Assembly: GCF_009914755.1 (NCBI RefSeq)
Contig: NC_060928.1
Reading direction: 5' to 3' (one strand)
Source of the DNA: the human T2T-CHM13v2.0 reference genome, Homo sapiens
Length of the DNA: 64,000 nucleotides
In this document: positions 43,546-58,257 of the stretch, piece by piece
Layout: every line of letters begins with the position of its first letter
Position numbering within the stretch: the stretch's first letter is position 1
The notes under the pieces: generated by a model
Seen by the model: only the letters and a program-made list of their open reading frames with translations
Database searches by the model: none
Told to the model about the DNA's origin: nothing
Program-made: the position numbers and the translations under genes

Positions 43546-44057
43546 CAATTGAAGGGAAGAAAAAACAGTATATTTTCCTCACCGATGCATTCCAATGTTC
43601 ATGGATGAGACCCCTATAACATAAGACAGATTAACAAAAGAAAATCATACAAACTTACTTAATATAAATTCATGTGACATGGGATCCTTCAGGAATGAAG
43701 ACTCAAAGGAACAGGGAAACCTGTGTGTTTTATCACTTATGTTTGATAAACAGTGAACAGTTATCAGGAAATATGATTGGGCAAAAGGGGGCATGACATA
43801 ATGGTCATGAACTGGGGGGAACTTAGCAAGGTCTCTTTGTTCAGATTCTTCCCTGTGTCTCTGTGCTGCTAGAGATAAGGGCATTTCTTTCCTCCATGCA
43901 GAGACAGAGTGGTGCCTCGGGAATGGGGGTGTTATGATTTATTTCAGGAGAGAGAATGGAGGGGGGAAAAGGAAGGTTGAAGTGATCTTCCTGCTTCTGC
44001 TGTTTTCTTAAATTCTAAGGTGCTGTATTTTACAGTTCTGTGTCCTGAATCCTGTCA
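43546..44057 (-). mobile_element. MER4-group ERV1 solo LTR (LTR23/24/48-like)
   Basis: agacagattaacaaaagaaaa..cttagcaagg..ttgttcagattctt..tgcttctgctgttttct..tgtcctgaatcctgtca. Confidence 0.65.
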
Positions 44058-44879
44058 CTATATTAGAAAAAAAATCACTCAATTATTTTTGCCATTTAGA
44101 AGGACAGTGCTGAGTAGGTTGTATCTATAACTTGCAATAGGTAAATCTGAAGGAATCCAGAAATAGGAACCTAACTTAATGAGACATCTTTGAATCTGTC
44201 TCTTCCTAAATAAGGAGACTACTTTAGAAACATTAACCTAGATAAAAAGATTAAAAAAAATTGACTTTATACCTATAAGAAGTCAGGAGGTGTGTGATTT
44301 TACTTTATCCTCTAGACAAACAGTCATCAAGGAAAGTTGTGTTGTGTATAATAGACAGCTTTTTAAACTATAATACAAAAATGGCAAATAGACAATCTTC
44401 CTTGTGCAAACTTCCGTCTTGTTGTGTTAATGAAATTTCAAATAAACTAATATAACATAAACAATTATAAGTATATTTGCATAAGTAATGAATAGCTCAA
44501 ATATAATCAATATTTGGAACACACATTATTGTCTAAATGAAAATGGTTATCTTTACCAGCTTTTAAATATGGATGACACAGTCTTCTGTTTTTCACTACC
44601 TAATCAAGAATATTGGTAAAGCTGAAAGCATTCCGGGTGGCCAGTTATGTTTGTTCTTACTGGAGAAGTTTTAATAAGCCACCTTTCTAACAACATGAAA
44701 AGCAAAAAGGTGCAAAGAAAAAGGAAACGAAATATTTGTTGTTAACTAAATTATATACACATTAATGTATATGAAAATTATCTGGCCAGAAACAAGAAAC
44801 TGTAGTAACAGTTTAATTTTAAAAAACAAACAATTACTATTCTGTTTGAAAGTCCATATCTGTACATGTTCAAGAGATT

Positions 44880-45112
44880 TCACTTCAGGGCACCCTCTTA
44901 GAAGGATCATTTTAATTAGGACATATTCAGTTTCACTGACTAACGCAAAAGCATTTTTCAAAATGGTTGCTCCTACTAGCGGTGGATGAGAAACCCCAAT
45001 TTCCAACATAACTTCCAACATATTTTAAATCTTTACTAATCTGATGTCTATAAAATGGCTTTGCATTATAGTTTTAATTTTTATTTCACTGATTACTAAT
45101 CAGTGGAATATT
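44880..45112 (-). mobile_element. L1ME-type fragment
   Basis: ttttcaaaatggttg..aatctgatg..aaatgg..attatagttttaattt..ctgattactaat. Confidence 0.6.
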
Positions 45113-46142
45113 GGAGGGAGTGATCCTTAGTTAAAAGTTTAGATATGTATCTTCAAGTAAAGGGTTAAAATTTATGCTAGTCCGCTATATTTAACCCACT
45201 CAGAAATGCTTCTGATTTCCCAGTTAAAATGAAAAATTTGAAAGTTCCTTCAGAAGGTTTTAGTCTTCTTTACTAACTGAAACCTTTTTTTTTTTCATTG
45301 TTATTGAGGAAAATCTGTATGATTTTTCAGGAGCAAATTTACTTAAGAATAGCAATCAAGACAGTTTGTAGGACAATAAAGACATTAATAACACTGTTAT
45401 TGCACACAATATGATTACTTCTCAAGTTTAATGGCATACAATCTTTTTTTTTTTTTTTTTGGCAGTATGAGGAAATTAGCTCTGTTTCCTGCCACAATTA
45501 GTTGTAAGTCCTTCATTTTCATTTTGTTGGAGACTGAAGGACAAATCAGTGAAAACAGAATCAAGCGCTTGGGTAGTCAGCTATGATTCTTGTCTAGGAG
45601 TAATTTATCATGGAAATGGAGCCTGCTTTTTTTTAATGGAAATTTGAAAACTGCTTTCTGCACGATTGAAGCCTTAGTCAGTAGCCCACCCCAGAGTATG
45701 ACAAATGTTACTTTTCTCTACAAGATAATAGCAAGACCAGTGTCATAAACTTTTGAAATGGCATAATTAGTTGAATAATGTACATGTATGTCTTTCCAAA
45801 TCCTCTCTCGCTTTTTTAGAATCTTACGTGCACCTGACATTCATGCTTTAGATAAAGCTTGAATATTATAAAATACATTTTTTCTCTGAAAATTAATAAT
45901 TTGGGAAGTCAAATCAGCAAAGTACATATATACATATATTTTCTATCGAGCTATAGTTTCTTTGAAGTATTAAAATAATGCTAACATATTAAGATAGTGT
46001 CTGCATTAAAATATGTCTATGTAAACCTTCAGAAAATGTCAAGGCGATTATCTTTATGACACTGGATAATAATATTTTCAAATATATAGAAAAGAGATTA
46101 TTTATTTTTCTTGACTACTTGGCACCATATAAATCTCCAACG

Positions 46143-46795
46143 TGAGGCAGTATAGGGAAGAGACTCAGTCCTGGCTGACAGGTGTCATTAAAACCAAAGT
46201 CCTGCTGGGTCTTACATGTAGGGGCATATTCCTTCCTCTACCATTCTGCCTCCCTTAGCAAGTTGATCCAAGTCATGTAGCTTGACATGGGACTAACTTA
46301 GGTGACCAGGCTGAGATCCTAATCATGAATGAAGAACGTGTTTATCTCGTTGAGTGATGCTTTCCGTGGTCACTGAAGCAAGACTCTGGCATTCCCAGTA
46401 AGAATATAACCAGATCTGGCTGCCTGAAGACAAGGTGAACTTCAGCATTGACCTTTCACTGACATTTTCTTCATTATAATCTCATTGTAATACTAAACTC
46501 TTCAGCCAAGGTGGGTGGGGCTTATCTGCTTTTTTCTGGTCATGTGATGCAGAAAACACCCTCACTAAAAATGCTTGTATGTTGGTCGTTCCCTTTCCCA
46601 CCTCAACTTCCTCAAAATGACCAGAGCAGAGCCCCTCTGGGAGCTGGTACTAGGATCCTGTTCCTGTCCGTTGTTCCCTTGTGTGCTCCACTCACAAGCT
46701 CATTATATCTTGCCTGAGAAAAATCTCCAATTGTCCTGGTGTTCATGTCACCTTACATAATAGCCAAAGAACTTGGCAGCCAGGATGTGGTAACA
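46143..46795 (+). mobile_element. MER4-group ERV1 solo LTR (MER66/83/87-like)
   Basis: tgaggcag start; tcattataatctcattgtaatactaaa; ggtaaca end. Confidence 0.6.
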
Positions 46796-48959
46796 AAATC
46801 TAAATATATAGTATATGGATATTGATATTATAGCCAATACCTAAAAAGATGAGCATATAATCAAATATTTGATACTTACCCTTAAAGTAAAAAATATGCC
46901 AAAGTCCCATGTCTCTGAAAAGAATGTGAAAATTTTAGAAGTAATTTTAACACATCCTGGCAGAAACTGATTTTTCTAAGTAACAAAGTTTTTCTTTATT
47001 AAAGTCAGTTGAACATTATATTTGACCACATTAAGAATAATACTGTGACATTATCACTATACGATATGCTTTGTATTTTTATTCTGTGTTTGCTTATATA
47101 TTGTCAATTTGAGTTTTTCATTTTAGTTGAATATAGAATCTATTTTATTATATAATACTGTAGTTTGAATTTTAATGCGTATGCATTCAATTCCAACATA
47201 TTTTGGAAATATATATACATATATAGAGAATAATACTATTATTTTAACTAAAAAATTGAAAATATGAATATATATGCTAACAACATCATATTCTCATTTT
47301 GTGTTCCCTATACTGTAATTCTTTTTGGCCATTACAATTGGCATCAGTAGTCTTCGCTTAGCATGTCTCTTTCTTTTTGCCTCCCCTGTGTATTTGTGTA
47401 TTCCTGCTGATGCATTTGCATGGTTTACAATTTTAAGATGCCATTGACTATGACCACATTTCTCTGAAGTTATTGTTGTTTCCATATCACTGCAATGCCA
47501 ACCTTTGGAATTGATTTACTTGCTAGGAAACCCCTAAGGTGTCACAAACACTTCCTTCAAGAGAATTACATGCAGAACAGTAGCAGCGAATGCTACTGTG
47601 GGCTCTAACAAATCCCTAGTTTGAGGATTCAGTGAGGCTTCTGTAACTTTCAAAGTTTTAAGTGATGAGAATATACATAGAGGGCAAAATTATTATTAAG
47701 TGTCTGTCCAATATTTTAAAACATTTTTAAATTGTAAAATGTTTAATTATTCTACAGTAAAAGATTAGTAGAGCTAAGCATCTTTCTTAATATACTGGAT
47801 GGGAAAATTTGGTTTGATTTTGTACAGTAAACTTATCAGATGACCCATCCTATTTTGTCTGGAAAGTTTTAATCCAATGTTATTGCTTCCCTTTTATTAT
47901 GAGTCTGTTCAAGATGTTGTACTTAATGCTGTTGAAATGGATATTACAGATGCTCTTCAGTATAGAATCATGTATGACACTCTAAAGAAGTACAGGACAT
48001 ACATTTGCTACTCATTAATGGATGGAATATTCCAATATGCAGAAATGAAAATTAAAATTAACAATTTTGGGTATTGTGTCTTCACTGATACTAGGGATAT
48101 ATTTACAGAGTTTTGTGGGTCTGTGTGATTGTAATATGAGAGTATGAAAGTAATCATTCCTGAGAAAATGATGAGTGTATGTATGATTGTCTGTCTTCTT
48201 TGAGCTCGTGTGTACAATACGGATAAGACACTAAAATATTAAAAAGAAACCTTCCTATGGTCTGGAGTCAATGATAGATACAATGTTTTTGCATTTGGAA
48301 TAAAAGTGATTTCAGAGACATTACCAAGAAGGTAAGTTGAAGATGTGAAAAGCCTTGGGGCAGGAAAGCAATGTAGGTACTTAAGGCATTCATTAATTAG
48401 CTAATCTACTCAAATCCCAGAATGTCATTTACTCTACAGCAGAATAAAGCTGATTCCTCAGTTTAACTGCTGAGCCTCAGCAACTGCTGTTTTCTACCTC
48501 ATGTAGGAGAGACTGATAAGCAGTGAAACTGACTACTATGGACATTTTAATATTCAGTTCACCTCTTTCACCCTTTGCCTCAGGCAGCTCACACACTTTG
48601 CACAGCCTGAACTTTAGCAGGATTTGAAAAAAATTCACCTTAGGAAAATTACAACTGCAGATATAGTAAAGGAACCTATGATTACAAATAATCTGCAAAC
48701 CATCATTGTTTGGCAATACTGAGCTATATTGGTGCAAACTCAGAAGTTTGATTTTTTGGTGTTTCTTGGGTAGCTGTATGCATTGTAAATAATTTGTAAG
48801 TGTATAAATTTTTCAGGCTAAATCACCTTGAATATGAAAACACAAAGTGTTCATCTGCATGTTTGTTTTTGTGTAATAGGATTAATTGATACTATTAGAT
48901 GTTTGCATAACACCCTCCCAAACACACAAGTGGAGACACATCTGGTAGTTCTTCATTGT

Positions 48960-49642
48960 TTTGGATGCTTAGGTGGATCACCCAGATCCTCTTTCAGAAC
49001 ACATTTCTTCAAAAGCAGGTTGTGAACTGCTGATAGTTCACATCTGAGGCTCTCCATAAGAATATCATCAGTGGACACCGGGTGCAGTGGCTCACAGCTA
49101 TAATCCCAGCACTTTGGGAGGCCAAGGCAGCCAGATCATGAGGTGAGGAGATTGAGACCATCCTGGCTAACTCAGTGAAACCCTGTCTCTCCTAAAAATA
49201 CAAAAAAATTAGCCAGGCGTGGTGGCAGGCGCCTGTACTCCCAGCTATTCAGGAGGCTGAGGCAGGAGAATGGCATGAACCCGGGAGGCGAAGCTTGCGG
49301 TGAGCCGAGACGCGCCACTGCACTCCAGCCTGGGCGACAACAGAGCCAGACTCTGTTAAAAAAAAAAAGAAAAAATCGTTAGTGTAAAAGAAGCTGCCTT
49401 ATTCAAATTACCATTTCCTCCCCCTCTTCTATGACACTTGCATCAAATGATTTGTTCATTCACCATTTCCAATGCTCACCTCTCATGTCCCAGTTTTGAA
49501 GGCATATTCAACTTCTCCTTCTGCATAGTTCTCCTTTCCTTATTTCCTTTCAAGTTTTGGTCCCCAAATTCCTCTACAAGAACCATCCAGAATGCAAATT
49601 TCAGTTACAAAGTCTATTTCCCAGGCAACCAAAACTATAGAA
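48960..49642 (+). mobile_element. LTR16-type ERVL LTR, interrupted by Alu
   Basis: ttcaacttctccttctgc..atgcaaatttc..aagtctatttcccaggcaacc 3' end. Confidence 0.55.
49076..49372 (+). mobile_element. AluY-type element
   Basis: gagaccatcctggctaac; gagaatggcatgaacccgggaggcgaagcttgc diagnostic positions; A tail. Confidence 0.92.
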
Positions 49643-50195
49643 GGTGATTGAATAAATAAGGCTCATCCTGGACAGGAGAATGTCAAAAGACAAATCCAAG
49701 TTCTACTCCTCTATTCAGCGTGGTCTTTTACGGAAACATTTCACTGAAATCACAGCTCCATTTTGAGGGAAAAAGTGGGGAACTGGAATGGGACATTAAA
49801 GCGTTTTCTGAAGACTGCTCTTAAGCAAACTTGAAATGAATTGTAGTTTACTGGCTGCTACTTTAGTGAGTTATTTTAGAACTACAAATTTGTCCTGACA
49901 ATAATTTGATAGCAAAACAATACATTACCTTTTGTGTTTTTTGTAACATTTTTATTTACATTTTCTTCAGTTGAGAAACTACATTTTTTTGTTATAACTT
50001 ACAGAAAGGCATGACCTCTTGTAGTTGGACATGTATTTTCTGTCAGGTAAGCAGTTCCTGTCCCTTCAGTTATGTAGAACATAAGGATTTAAGAAGACCT
50101 TCATCCCCCAGGGACCAAGAAAACACTATGAACACTTGGCTTAAAAGCCAATATATCATCTGGTATTTACTGAAGCCAGAATACACTGATGATAC

Positions 50196-50874
50196 TGTTG
50201 CAGCTTTTTCACTCCTGCTGTTCAGCAATCAGGAGATAGTAGCACCCAGCAGCTTCTTCACTCCTGTAGTTCGGCAAGCAGGAGGGAGTGTTACAGCTCT
50301 TTTACTCCCACCATCTACAGCTTGGTGAGTGGAAACATTACAGCTCTATTGCTCCTTCAGTTTAGCAAGTTCTGGTTTCTTGTCCCATGACCAAGAAGAA
50401 TAAGGCTAATGGACACTGGAGAGTAAGAGAGAAGAGGATTTATTAAGTGAGAGAAAGGGTCTCAGCAGCGAGAGGGGACCCAAAAAAGGGTTGCCAACAA
50501 TGAGGCTGAACACAGGAGTTTTTATGGTCTTAATATGGGGAAGGCTTGGGCTGAACAGTGCACCAAAATGCAACACTCAGAGAGACACAATAATTCAGAG
50601 GAGTACAAAGAACCAAGCAGGAGAGGGAAGAATCAGGGCCAAGACAAAGCATGTGAAATGGGACAAAGGCATGCCAAAGGGAGAGAGAATTCCTAAAAAG
50701 AATTGGAATTTATTCATCTGGGCTAGTCGAATGGCCATTTTCATGTAGGGATGCAGGCTTATTCTGATCTGGGGCTTGCAGCTTGGTTTTCAGGCTGTTC
50801 TTGGTTTGAAGGAGTTTTACTGAGGACCCACCCTAACTGCCTGCCTGACCAGCTCCTTCTTTCTTCCTGTCTCA
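50196..50874 (-). mobile_element. ERV1 solo LTR (LTR1/27/28/MER52/MER61 group)
   Basis: Repeated (tt)acagctc..actcc units, ttcttgtcccatgaccaagaagaat, gcagcttggttttcaggctg..tgtctca; TSD atac/gtac. Confidence 0.7.
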
Positions 50875-50944
50875 GTACTCCATGTTCCTGGAAGTGTAGT
50901 GGCCATTTTCTCCACTTTTTCTATTCAATGAGAGTTATCTAGAG

Positions 50945-51417
50945 CAATGATCCTCAATCTTTTTGGCACCAGGAACCCATTGTGTAGAAGACAATTTTTC
51001 CACAGACTGGAGTGGGGGATAATTCAAATCCATTATATCCATTGTGCACTTTATCTCTTTTAGCATTAAATAGTAATATATGATGAATTAATTATACAAC
51101 TCACCATGAGTAGAATCAGTAGGAGCTCTGAGCTTGTTTTCCTGCAACTAGACTCTCCCATCTGGGGGTGATTGGTGGGAGTGGCAGATCATCAGTCATT
51201 AGATTCTCATAAGGAGTGTGCAGCCTAAATCCCTCAAACACGCAGTTCGAAATAGTGTTCGCACTCTTGTTAGAATCTAATGATGCCACTGATTTGACAG
51301 GATGTAGAGCTTTGGAAGTAATGTGAGCAAGGAGGAGCTGCTGTAAAACCAGATGAAGCTTCACTCTTTTGTCTGCTGCTCACCTCCTGCTGTGTGGCTC
51401 AGGGGTTGGAACCCCTA
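50945..51417 (+). mobile_element. MER1A (hAT-Charlie)
   Basis: tttttggcaccagg..gaagacaatttttccacagac..cattagattctcataaggag..aggggttggaacccct; 8-bp TSD atctagag/atgtagag. Confidence 0.92.
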
Positions 51418-51511
51418 ATGTAGAGGCTGTACATTCTCACCTTACATAATTTTTTTCTTCAAATTATATCTCTAAATTTCCTTTAAAAACTACTCTTAAA
51501 ATGTGCACATT

Positions 51512-51750
51512 TTTGTAGTAGTTAAGAGTATAAACCATCAAATTAGTCATGCCTGATTTACATTCTGGTTGAGCAATTTACTAAATAATAATTAACATAA
51601 TTTTTGACAACTTTAAGAACCAATATGTTTCTATACATAGTAAAAATAGTAATATGACCTAGCAGATAGGGCTGCCATAAGAATTTAATTACATGATTTA
51701 TTCAAAGCATAAAGCATAGTATTTGGCATATAGTAAGCACACAAAAAGCC
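51512..51750 (+). mobile_element. MIR
   Basis: gtagttaagagta..gtaaaaatagtaata..atagggctg..tggcatatagtaagcac. Confidence 0.6.
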
Positions 51751-54700
51751 AACTACAATAATATAACAAGATTGTGAACTTCATAAGTTTACTGGAAGAT
51801 TTTAAGAATGTTTACATTATTTCTCTAAATTATATTATTTTCTCAACCAAGGTAACATTTAAAATTTGCCATAATATATCCTTAGTGGATTTGACTGCTT
51901 TAAAATCATGATCTTCTTTCCATGGGTCTCTTATATTCTGTCCCTTATGCATTCAGGCTTCTTATACTCTTTCTCACTGGTGCCTTCTCCACCCCTTCTG
52001 GTAGGAAAATATCCTCTTATACCCATTTGAGACACCATTTATACCTAGTCATGCATTTTTAATGTGTTATTTGTTACAAAGACAGATAAGAAACATATCT
52101 TTAGAGATTTAAGGCAGTTTTACCTTGGTTTAAAAAAATTAGGCAAACAAAATTGTATATTTATTTAAAACATTCACATCACAGCAGGAAACAACTTCAG
52201 CCTGTGTATATATTACTGATACTATAGAAGGTTAAATGATTAAGAAGGCACATCCACTCCTTTAAGACAGTGCACTCATTTAGTGTTATTATAGCACACT
52301 AAATAGTACTCTAGTGACCTAAGGTATGCATCCTCAAGCACTTATTTCCAAAAAATAACTCTCCTTCTCAGAAGCATCTGGTTCATTATGTAGGGTTAAG
52401 TCCATTATTTACAAAACTCCTGGGAAACAGAAACCAATTTCATTTGCACCCAATCGTTTGAATCGTTTTATCCTGCCACTCCCCAACCCTGCAAGTTGCA
52501 AATACACAAATATTTTATGTATTTGAGAATAAATGAAGGCTGTAAATGTATACTTATATTTCCAGGAAGTAGTTGTCAAATGCAGCTAAATTAAATCACA
52601 GTTATTTTAAAACAAAACCAAAGAAAACTGAAACACCTATGTGAGTTACATGATGATTCACAATTCTATGGACGTACAATCCCTAGAAATTTCCAAAAAT
52701 AAAAGGTCTATGAACAACATGTTCTATTTTATTGAACTTAGCAGACACCATATATTTAGTCAAATTGATGCTAGCTAAGTCTCGAATTATTTTACTGTGT
52801 TCTAAGTTTGCATTGGCTCAGAGTAGTAATAATACTATAATAAGAAAAAGATGTTTACCTATTTCCTAACAAATCTACTCTAGTATACATAATATTTAAA
52901 ATCATGAAGTCTTTTGGGAAATAAAGAGCAAAAGACAAAAAGAGTTATTAGAAATAACTATTTCCAATGGCTATTTTGTATCACTTCTTGATATTTGCAT
53001 TTAAAATAGACAGTAAAAATATATTCTTGATATATTTACCTCATTTAAAGTAAATTAATCAAATTTTCAGCAAACTGTTTAGTGTTAAATGCTATTGAGT
53101 AAAGAAATGAATATATATTAATCCAAGTTTCATGGATAAGTCATAGGTAAGATGAAAATAAATAGGAAAAGTTATAAGAAAAAGAATGAATAAAGGACTT
53201 GGAAATGTAATGCATATACAAAGTAGGTTTATTGTGGTCAATTTTTTTTTTCAGATGCAACCTGAATCACTGAATTGATTACTAAATTATTCTTGCAACG
53301 ATCATGCTAGCTGCCTGCCACTTATTTAGTTCTACTAGGCAGAATTAGGATTGTGTAAGGAATTGGAGACACAATCACTATCTTTAAAATTCCCTCTGGA
53401 TGATTGGACATAATAAGAATAAAAACATAGAACATTAGGAAAGTTTTAAAAGTTGAATGTAATTAGCATACAATATGAGCTAATGTGCTGCAAGAATCAA
53501 GAGGAGAGGGAATCCAAGATGGGATGATACTGACAAGGATACTGGGGAGATAAAAATGAACTAGATCATATAGATTGTAGAAAGGTGTTTAGATAATGGA
53601 TTGAGAAAACATTATCTTGATCAGGAGAATGATATTAAGCTAAAACTCACTTTTAAGTTGAAATATAATAGGAAAATTTGGATCATAAATAAGATTTTTT
53701 CATAAACAGTCTTGATAAAAATTTTGATTTTTTTTGTATGAGAAATTTTTTTTGAATCTTTTCTAACTTTGCAAGTGATATTTGATTTTACTCCTGAGGT
53801 CATTATAAGTGAAAAGAAAATTGGATGATAGGGTTATGTTTCAGCAATGACAGGTTTTTTCCCCCATGAATTGAAAATTATGGACAGGGGCTGCTCAGGC
53901 AATTTAATGTTTGTGCCTGAAGTTTATTTCTGATCATCCTTCTTTAGTTTTAAAGCATCCCCAGTGAAAGATTCTTAGAAAATCTTGTTTATAATTTTAG
54001 ATCCTCTATGCACTCTGAAGTGACATTTGAATACATGAAATATTTTTCATTAACCTTGTTCTTTAAAAACATCTAAGTTGTGAGACATTGAACATGTTTT
54101 AGAATAAGTTAACCTTAACATATTCCTTAAACTATATGGTAAATATTCAAGTATACTCCCTAAAAAACATTTATCTAGAAATACACAGAAGAAAGCAGTC
54201 ACTAGCTTTACAGTTTACCAGCCATAATTAGATTTGAAAGCTAAAAAAATATTAATTATATTTGATCCATATAGTATAAATAGAATTTCAAAATACAAAC
54301 AACAAAATCTCAATGTTTATTGTTTTGTTCAATCCCTTATTCAGTTTTAGCTCTTATATTACTTATATGATAGATGCTCTAGGGAAAAATAAAAATATAT
54401 GTGGTTGAAATCTTCCTGAGCATATGCTATGGCATTTCAAATGTTCTTATTTCAAATGCACTTTTTAACATGAACAGATAAACCAACAGAAGATGTCTGG
54501 AGGAAAATCTAAAATTATATTATAATAGTTCCAACTTTAAGACATGAAAACGGAACCCCCAAAGCCTGATTTATTCAAATGTCACCATGGATTTTTTAGC
54601 ACTGTTATTGATCAATGCATATTTAATATAATAAACTTTAAAATTATATTTACATACAAGTTATTTTACTTTTTGTTTGTTGGCTTATCGCTAAAATATA

Positions 54701-55903
54701 CATGCTTATGTAGATATATTTGGTGAATCATCAAAAATATGCAGATGTACTTCATTGTCGTTACTCATTAAATTGAGAGTAACAACTGGAATTGATCAAG
54801 ATAAAATAGTAAGAGAACGTTTCATTTGAAAAACTGTAAAAAGCCCTGTATGATTGAATTGCTGAAATTTATGAAGAGTGAGACAGAAAAGGAAGTTAGG
54901 GAGGGAGAATGCTCCTCAGATTGTGGAAGACCAATTTAAACAAGTTTAGTCTTCAAACATAGGAAATGTTAATCAGGGAAATCATGTCTGCACTTTAGAA
55001 ATAACATACTAAAATGAAAGGGAAGAGAGAAAGTTCGATGACGAAAGATATTTCAAAGGCTGAGATCATGGGGATTTGAGAGTAGTAAATGAATTTTAAA
55101 TATCTATTTTCTAAGATTTCTTTCAAAATTTTAATCACACTCTTTACTTCAAACACATGACAAAGATAATACATGTATGCACCCCACACCCTATAGATCA
55201 GATATTGAACAGAAATGCAAAAATAATAAATGGGTACAGTGGTTAGGGTATTGTTGTAGGAAATAAAAAAAATGATGTGGAGGAGACTTCAGGTCTTGGA
55301 GATGAAATGTGCAAGCCACTGAGATTTCAGACTTGTTTAATAATCTGCCCTGACTGGAAATATTGACCAATATCATTTAGTGTAGCTTTTCAGTTTTCTT
55401 GGTTGACTTAACTATGTAACTTTATCAAGTCTTACTATATTTGCTCAAGATATACTAATCATTTTATCTTTGATTATATTACCATATTTTACCAACATAC
55501 TAAACTATGTTCAAGAAATTAAATATTTTATTTTAGTGTCTTTAAACATTGAACAGATATATCTATATACGTGTACACATACGTATACATATAGAAATTT
55601 GATTAACATCAGAATCATGAAATTTACTTAGTAGCCTAGATATGTGCATTTTCCATGTGCAAGCTATTTTTCTTATTTTTGCAGAAGTTCAAAGATAAAA
55701 TTAAAAGAAAATATCATGTTTAGCTATATAAGAAACATATTGACAAAATATCTTTCTTATCCACTATAAGCAAAGGATCTGATTTGTTAATATGTAATTA
55801 CCCATTTGGTATGCTGTTGGAATTATTATTAAAATTATTGTAATTAGTTATTACAGTCCATCATCTATTGGTAAAATTATTTTTGTAATTAAAATAGAGA
55901 AAA

Positions 55904-57114
55904 TTATTTATTGCCAAGTATCATGCCTTAGGAATTTTAGTCGAAATTATCTGTGGGAATTTAAAAATATATTAGTGGGTCTAAGCCCAGCATACTGATG
56001 TAATACTTCTTAGAGGGGAGAACAATTAATAATTTTTAAAAGTAATCTGGGTTATTCTAAAGTATAAAAGATTTAGAAATCATAGCAGTGGATAATATTT
56101 TCAGGTCAGTGAAAGAAACAAAAAGTTATTGGAGTGACATATTTAATAGTGATCCCTCTTTTCTGAGTAACACCTATGTATGTATTTGAAAACTTAGGTG
56201 TATAAATAAAAGAAATGTGGGCATATGACATGAAAACTAAGAAGACCAGAAGTTATTTCCTTCTGAGCAAATAAAAAAACTGAAAGGAAAAAGATATTGG
56301 GCTTCCCAAGCACTCAAATGACAGTAAACAGGATTTCGTTCCACTATGAGTGATGAAAACACTGTAGAGTTGAAAACCGCCTTTTAGAGAAAGCAAGAAA
56401 CGTCCCTATTCATTTTGGTAGCCAACAATGATTATATAGCTAAGAATGGTTGGTATTTTAAGGGATTCCAACTGGAATATTAGAATTATTTTTATATACA
56501 TGAAGGATAAATAAAAACCTTACATTTCTTTCTAGGTCCAACATGCTTAAGATTAGGATTTGAGGGGAAAGAGAATTTTCCAACTTTATATGCAAATGAC
56601 TGCTTACTCTTTTCTTACATAAATTAATTATATTATTAATTTTCTTTGAACAATTACTTTATCATTTTTGCAGGTGTTATAAATATTCCCAAAGAAATCC
56701 TATCAAGAGCTGTGAGAGGAATTACCACACAAATGCCCTGGCTTTTTTGTTCATTGTAGCAATTGAATTAGAATCTATCATCTCTGACCTCAAGCCCTAC
56801 ACTTCTTCATTTCCTTCAGAAGACTGTCACGACTTATTAAAGACATACTGTATCAGAATGTTTATGTCCTGTAATCATTCAAATAACTCTCATTTAAGAT
56901 GATAAAATATCAAAAGTTATTTATTGCCAAGTATCATGCCTCAGGAATTTTAGTGAAAATTAACTGTGAGACTTAAAAAATACATTACTAGATTTCAGCC
57001 CATATATCTGATTTAATACTTATTAGATGGAAGAACAATGAAGAATCTTTAAAAGCAATCTGGGTGATTCTAAAGTATAAAAGATTTAGAAATTCTAGCA
57101 GTGGATAATATTTT
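55904..57114 (+). repeat. 198-bp direct repeat (55904-56101 and 56917-57114) containing a MER5-like remnant
   Basis: Ungapped alignment at offset 1013 with about 29 mismatches by hand count (~85% identity). Confidence 0.9.
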
Positions 57115-57464
57115 ATCTTCTAATCAGCCAATTTACTTTACTAACAAAATTCAGCAGGACTGTAACAAAAATGCTGCTAGATAGAATTAAAGTTTAGAAA
57201 TAAAGAACTAAAACTCTTTGCTCTCCTTTCATCATACTACAACCCTAGAAAACTTATACAGAATTTCAGCTACTCCTTTTCTTTGTCACTACACTGAATG
57301 CAAGAAGTATAGCTTTCTCAAGTATTGTTTTGCAAGCATTCGTGGTTTACGTGTATTAAACATTTTTTTAAAAAAAAACTGAAAAAGACTCGAAACAAAG
57401 CAGAAAATAAACTTAAAGCAGTTATTCTTTGTAAATTATTTGGGCTTATTGAAAAGCTGTATCA

Positions 57465-57783
<319 letters not shown>

Positions 57784-58257
57784 CCATATTAGGAGTTAAC
57801 TTGAATTCATAAACCAAGTTACAAAAATGTAACTTTTATATGTAAAAATTAAATGGTTTTAAGATAGTGAATATTAATAATTATAATTATTGTTGCTATT
57901 GCAAAGTGCTTAGAAATTTTATATTTAGCATAATATTTTAAAATCATAGGCATTTTAGGAAACCTGGTAAAAAGAGTATATTATAAAATTAATGTCACTT
58001 CCAACATTAGTCTATATAAAAATAAAAAATAAAATAAAAAATACAAATTAATAAATTCTAAATAAAATTGAATCACAAGTTGACTTTTATAATTAAATAT
58101 TTCAAAATTCACAATCTTTATTTGTATTTTGCCCACCAATACAATGTTCTTAATGATATAATGTACTATTAAATATTAGCTAACTATGTATTTTAATTGT
58201 TGTTATTCTTGAAATGATACTTTGAGTATATAGAGATAGCAATAGAGATAAAAATTG

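Noticed and set aside
47877-48128. 83-aa ORF in unique DNA that looks protein-like
   Set aside because: No recognisable homology, promoter or convincing splice structure; the length is within chance expectation for 64 kb.
49980-56680. Isolated splice-like signals (caggtaag ~50044, poly-T cag ~53254, ttttgcag ~56673)
   Set aside because: They cannot be paired into supported exons and are expected by chance in AT-rich DNA.
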